Source of the DNA: Macrostomum lignano
Taxonomy: Eukaryota
DNA length: 39,815 nt
Assembly (NCBI GenBank): GCA_002269645.1
Contig: NIVC01002174.1
Span: 1-39,815, forward strand
Direction: 5' to 3'
Shown piece after piece: positions 35,101 to 39,815 of this stretch. The notes under the pieces were generated by a model. That model was not told the DNA's origin. It ran no database searches and was given only the letters and a program-made list of their open reading frames with translations. The translations under genes were made by a program, and so were the position numbers. Each line of letters begins with the position of its first letter. Within the stretch, counting starts at the first letter, position 1.

Positions 35101-37058
35101 GGAGAATGAAGGGGATGTCAGGAGAATGAAGGGGATGTCAGGAGAATGAAGGGGATGTCAGGAGAATGAAGGGGATGTCAGGAGAATGAAGGGGATGTCA
35201 GGAGAATGAAGGGGATGTCAGGAGAATGAAGGGGATGTCAGGAGAATGAAGGGGATGTCAGGAGAATGAAGGGGATGTCAGGAGAATGAAGGGGATGTCA
35301 GGAGAATGAAGGGGATGTCAGGAGAATGAAGGGGATGTCAGGAGAATGAAGGGGATGTCAGGAGAATGAAGGGGATGTCAGGAGAATGAAGGGATGTCAG
35401 GAGAATGAAGGGGATGTCAGGAGAATGAAGGGGATGTCAGGAGAATGAAGGGGATGTCAGAAGAATGAATGGGCCTGTACACATATACTCACTGTACACA
35501 TGTACTCACTGTACACATGTACTCACTGTACACATGTACTCACTGTACACATGTATTCACTGTACACATGTACTCACTGTACACATGTATTCACTGTACA
35601 CATGTACTCACTGTACACATGTACTCAGTGTACACATGTACTCACTGTACACATGTACTCACTGTACACATGTAGAGCTGAGAAACCCAAACCCAGTGCA
35701 GTAGAATTTATTATCCAACAAACCAACTGCTGCAAAAGGCGCCCGAAGTCGACCGGCAGCAGCCGGCGCTGGAATCGGCCGGGCTGCAGGCCGAACTGCG
35801 CGCCAGCCAGCGGGCCGGCCGGCAGCTTCAAGGCGAAGTTGACCGGCTGCGCCGCGAATTGCAGGTGGCCATCGAGAAGCTGACGGACTGCGAGGCCAAG
35901 CTGTACCTGGCCAGAGAGGTGACCGCCCGCCCTTGGTGCCGGTCTTTGTCTTGGTGTCGGTCTTTGTCTTGGTGCCGGTCTTTGTCTTGGTGCCGATCTT
36001 TGTCTTGGTACCGGTCTTTGCCTTGGTGCCGGTGTTGCTGCTTCCCAGCCTGCTGTTTGTTTATTTATTGGTTGCCATGGCTACCTACCGATAATATCGG
36101 TTGCTACTAGCTATTCCCATGTATTCACATTTATTTGATTTACCTTGGATACGGCATAGCAACCCTTTTATGTCCAGCTATTTCCTTATATGTTTGCTAC
36201 TACCTATCAAACCGCAGGTGGCCGGCAGCGAGTCGGACTCCGGGCTCGGTGACGTCACAGCGGAGCCGCGGCGCAGGTCGAACGCTCAGCTGGCCGCACT
36301 GATCGAGCAGATCGACCTGGTGGAGGCCAGAGGGGACAGTCTGCTGGCTTTGAAGCGCCGCCAGGTGCAGGAGGCCGCAACGGTAAGTGGCCACATCAGA
36401 AGAATCCCCTGTCAGTGCTAGTGTTCTAAATAGCTCGATAGCTCGCCTGCTATGTGCACTGGATTCTCGGTCTGACCACTCAGGACCCAACCTCACGCCG
36501 CCAGCAGTTTACATGCCTACATCCACCACCCCATTCTCGTCGCCCACTTCTACCCCATTGTAGCCTTTTAACACCCCATTATAGCTCCACCACCATCTCA
36601 TTCTCGATCCCCACCAAGCCATTCTTGGCCCCCACCAAGCCATTCTCGGCTCCCACCACCCCATTCTCGGTACCACCACCCCATTCTCGGCCCCACCCCA
36701 TTCTAACCCACTATCACCCAATCCTCGCCCCACCACCCCATTCTAGCCCCCACAACCCATTCTCGCTCCCACAACCCATTCTCGCCCCCACAACCCATTC
36801 TCGCCCCCACCTACCCTATTCTCGCCCCACCACCCCATTCTTACATGTACATCAGACCAACTGAACAAGCAGCAGAAAAGGTTTAAACTATCAGGAAATG
36901 TCACCCTCGCTTTCTTTCAGCCTGCAGCAGCGCAGAGCCAGAAGCAGGCGACAGCGATGGCGCCTCCTGGCGGCGGCGGGCCTCCAGTTCCTGAGGACAG
37001 GAGCGACATGCAGCGCCTTCTGCGAATGCTGCTGTACAATTCCGGGGGCAGCCGCTGA
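32192..37058 (+). CDS. Multi-exon coiled-coil protein of unknown function; exons 32192-32359, 33008-33382, 33744-34245, 34522-34947, 35739-35918, 36218-36382, 36921-37058 (5' end not resolved)
   Basis: GC-rich exons with heptad-like E/R/A/L content (RLRAENARLAERLRSAEQRARQAERE; ELERANRRAGSLERSLQEMQRRL; EVDRLRRELQVAIEKLTDCEAKL). GT-AG junctions have matching phases (2,2,0,0,0,0). Stop TGA at 37056-37058. Confidence 0.8.
32460..32770. repeat. Degenerate ~20-bp repeat AAGATACCCTAAAAGTGCAT (~15 copies)
   Basis: Visible periodic GATACCCTAAAAGTG core. Confidence 0.88.
33383..33670. repeat. 13-bp minisatellite GATGAGAGTGAC[CT] (~21 copies) starting at a splice donor
   Basis: Starts at CCCGA|GTGAGTGACTGAGAGG (33383). 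Confidence 0.95.
34222..34460 (+). repeat. 27-bp exon-end plus donor tandem repeat (VSRKLGRLQ)n
   Basis: Unit GTGAGCCGGAAGCTGGGGAGGCTGCAG; CAG|GTGAGC at 34246, 34273, 34327, 34354, 34381, 34408 and 34434 (34300 is ATGAGC). Confidence 0.97.
34972..35468. repeat. 20-bp purine-rich minisatellite (~25 copies)
   Basis: Unit GGGGATGTCAGGAGAATGAA. Confidence 0.98.
35475..35673. repeat. 17-bp minisatellite (~12 copies)
   Basis: Unit CTGTACACATGTACTCA (contains TGTACA and ACATGT palindromes). Confidence 0.96.
35931..36030. repeat. 18-bp repeat (~5 copies)
   Basis: Unit CTTGGTGCCGGTCTTTGT. Confidence 0.9.
36520..36840. repeat. Degenerate C-rich repeat (CCCATTCTCG…CCCCAC)
   Basis: CCCATTCT core recurs with irregular spacing. 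Confidence 0.8.
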
Positions 37059-38765
37059 GACTTTATGGTTTACATGTACATTCAATGTACATAGTAAATT
37101 TTTAACTCGAATTAGTATTTCCGTTCTGTTCGAGCCCTCTGCGCCATATGAGCCACAAGCTACGGTTTGCATAAAGCCTTTATAAATGCTTTAGGACTTT
37201 AGCACTACATGCAACTGTCAGAGTCAATATTTATCTGCACTATTCTCAACTACAACTAGCAACAATACGCGCTTATACTACTGAAAAACTACTTATTTAG
37301 CCTGCTCTCGTATTTCTCTTAAAACAGATTAGTAACTTACCAACTCGAATTATTGTCGGCTATTTTATTCATTAAGTTGGTACCCATCCGAGTTATTAAA
37401 ATACACTGTAGACTGCAGCTTCTAAAATGGCTTTCACCTTTATTGTTTGATTTTTGCCGATTCAGTCTGCACTACTGCCAGTAGCAAAATGTGGAAGGGT
37501 GGAGAAAAAATCAGAAATCTGGATCTGGAATATTTCAGACCATAAGTTGCTCATTCAAACAAATATTTATCAATAGAATCGAAACAGTTGGTCCGCATCC
37601 ACATATTTCATGTGAATATGAATTTGCGCAGCTCATATTTATTGTATTAATATATTAATATTCACAGTCTAATAAAAGTTGCAGTGCTTTTAAATACAGC
37701 GAGAAGCAGATCACTAGCAGGTGCACAGACAGCAATATTCAACAAATCAACATTCAACAAGCACAAGGTAAGCAGAGCTAGCTCAAAAAGCGATGAAGGA
37801 AAAAGCGATTTAGAATTCTTTTCACAGCCTCCCCCAGAGGTTGCAAAACTCCACTTTGAGCAGGAAGTGCGCGGGCCTGAAGCCGCGCGCACTGCTGGGG
37901 TGGCGGCCCCGGGTGCTCTGAGGTCAGCGCGGCCGCAGCTGTGCCCCCCCCCCCGTATTTGGACAGCGGCTCCTGCCCCCCCCTCCCCGGCTGAGTCATC
38001 AGCTCAGCTGCAGTCCGCTCCCCCAGCTGCAGATTGGCTGTCCCAGACCCACCCTACAGCCCGCCCGTATATTCACTAAAGACAATAAAAGTACACTGAG
38101 ACTACAGGCGGTAAATCTAAGCATATAGAATTATAAATATATATAGCTAATTGAAAACTTGCAGAGCTGTACAGAAGCTATTGCAGAGCTGCTCAATCTG
38201 TCTAGCAGGTAAAAACACATAGGAGGATGTCTTGCTAAATAAATGAAATTTTCATGCTGAAGCGAAAAGGGATGAAAATCCCTCAGCTAGAAATCAAAAC
38301 TCAGTTAATCAGCCGAAAGCTCAGAACTGTACATGAGGTGAGAGAGCGCAAGAAGCCGCAGCCTTCTTGTCCGAAACTGAAAAATCATTTGAAAATCTTG
38401 CTGGAATGCGCAGTCAGGGAATGCCAGACGGTGAGACAACATTGATAAAAGTGCAAGCAGCGCACAGCAGGTGCACAAAATCACAGCAGTCAGTCCGGAA
38501 TGGAAACGCAAAATATTGTTGGATTCTAAAGCCGCATAAATAATAAAAATGTAAGCAAGCCTTGAGAGTAGAAATTAAAATTTAGTAAACAATAAGTTTA
38601 AAAAGTCACAGCACGTGTGTGCGAAGTTCGCGTAACACAGACAAGCAAAAGTGCATCGTAATACTTGATAATGAACTCTCCGAGTAGGTTTCTGGTATGA
38701 CCTCAGTTTTAATTCGCATATTACAAACAATGTATCACAAACTCAACAGTAATCAAATTATGGCG

Positions 38766-39095
38766 TCATGACCTCAGTCATAAGCATAGCTCACTCATTA
38801 CCTAGTCATGACCTCAGTCATAAGCATAGCTCACTCATTACCTAGTCATGACCTCAGTCATAACCATAGCTCACTCATTACCTAGTCATGACCTCAGTCA
38901 TAAGCATTGCTCACTCATTACCTAGTCATGACCTCAGTCATAAGCATTGCTCACTCATTACCTAGTCATGACCTCAGTCATAAGCATTGCTCACTCATAA
39001 TCTAGTCATGACCTCAGTCATAACCATAGCTCACTCATTACCTAGTCATAATAAACATAACCCACTCATAGCCATAACCTTAGTCATGACCTCAA
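38766..39095. repeat. 40-bp minisatellite (~8 copies)
   Basis: Unit TCATGACCTCAGTCATAAGCATAGCTCACTCATTACCTAG. Confidence 0.96.
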
Positions 39096-39114
39096 TCTAG
39101 GTTACTGGCGGGGT

Positions 39115-39160
39115 CATGAGCAGTCATGAGCAGTAATGAGCAGTCATGAGCAGTCATGAG
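39115..39160. repeat. 10-bp repeat TCATGAGCAG (~4-5 copies), likely in the 3' UTR of the adjacent gene
   Basis: Seen directly, just downstream of the stop at 39195-39197 on the minus strand. Confidence 0.85.
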
Positions 39161-39194
39161 CACACCCAGAACTCGCCCCCCCAAGAGTCGGCCG

Positions 39195-39815
39195 TCAGGA
39201 CTTGGCCAGGTTGGAGATCCGCTGCACGATCTCATAGTCGAGCAGCTTGTGGAACTGGCCCGTCTCGTCCGTCTGCAGCTGGCCGTAGACTGACAGCTCG
39301 CCGAGCTCCTCGCCAACTGACAGCTTCTTGGACCAGATGCCGCCTCGCGAGGAATCCAAGTCAAGCCAGGTGTTGCCGTTGAGCACCACAGCCACGGCTT
39401 TGAAGTGCCGGGGCCTCCAAGGCGGAAGTTGTACTTCCGGCCAACGTCCAGATGGCGCTGCATGGGCTCGTGCAGGTAGGCCAGCGTTGAACAGGCTGGT
39501 CTGCGCGGGGAAGGCGGCACCTTGCCGAGACCGCGCCGGCAGTCAATCAGCACCCGTAGTAGACGCAGTCCAGATTCCGCCTCTTCGCTGTCCTGGGCAG
39601 AGCCGGCTGGCTCGGAGTCCTTGGCGGCCTCGCCGGCGTACACGGTGAAGAAGTAATAGCCGTCAGCCGGGCAGGCCAGCCAGTACTCGGCCTGCTGCTT
39701 GCCGCGGCACTGCAGCAGAGCGTACGGGTCGCACTGCTCGGTATTGACGCCGGACCGCTGGTAGCACTTCATCTGGTGGGCCACCTTCAGGCCAGGGCCG
39801 CCGCCACGGGCAGGC
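39195..39815 (-). CDS. 3' end of a hillarin / kyphoscoliosis-peptidase-like protein (Ig-like C-terminal domains), frameshift at ~39405-39422, 5' part outside the window
   Basis: YWLACPADGYYFFTVYA…LRVLIDC, then YNFRL[fs]HFKAVAVVLNGNTWLDL…WSKKLSVG…GELSVYGQ…FHKLLDYEI. This resembles, by recall rather than by search, the repeated C-terminal domains of hillarin/KY proteins. Stop at 39195-39197. Confidence 0.65.

Noticed and set aside
26043-35883. Repeat-derived ORFs ([40 protein letters not shown]) and antisense GC-rich ORFs such as 33695-34840
   Set aside because: Explained by tandem repeats or by the antisense shadow of GC-rich exons.
37684-38079. GC-rich patch with ORFs on both strands
   Set aside because: No consistent splice chain or domain; may be UTR or a TE fragment.
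20710-39095. Regularly spaced direct repeats resembling CRISPR arrays
   Set aside because: Units are head-to-tail with no unique spacers, there are no cas genes, and the context is eukaryotic and intronic.
1-39815. rRNA, tRNA or other structured RNA genes
   Set aside because: No cloverleaf, A/B-box pair or rRNA signature recognised by eye; a covariance search would be needed to exclude them.

Overview
Eukaryotic (invertebrate animal) genomic DNA with GT-AG introns, GC-rich exons and many minisatellites. The style resembles a free-living flatworm such as Macrostomum, but that is inference only. From left to right: (1) a 1.17-kb non-autonomous hAT-like element with a perfect 8-bp TSD. (2) A minus-strand locus in which an intronless ~16-17-repeat ankyrin exon (one internal frameshift) can be spliced in frame onto a two-exon Mab-21/cGAS-like nucleotidyltransferase, predicting a ~1,280-aa ANK-cGLR fusion. 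This is the most interesting item. (3) A probable small orphan multi-exon gene with a CCAAT/TATA-like promoter. (4) A CpG-free island holding a decayed mariner transposase, interrupted by a MITE nested in inverted orientation inside a copy of itself, next to a decayed THAP domain. (5) A casein kinase 1 gamma (gilgamesh-like) gene. (6) A multi-exon coiled-coil gene. (7) The 3' end of a hillarin/KY-like gene. From 20.7 kb onward nearly every intron carries its own tandem-repeat family, and several arrays are amplified splice-donor junctions. No rRNA, tRNA or CRISPR array was seen. Most long ORFs in the track beyond 22 kb are repeat artefacts.
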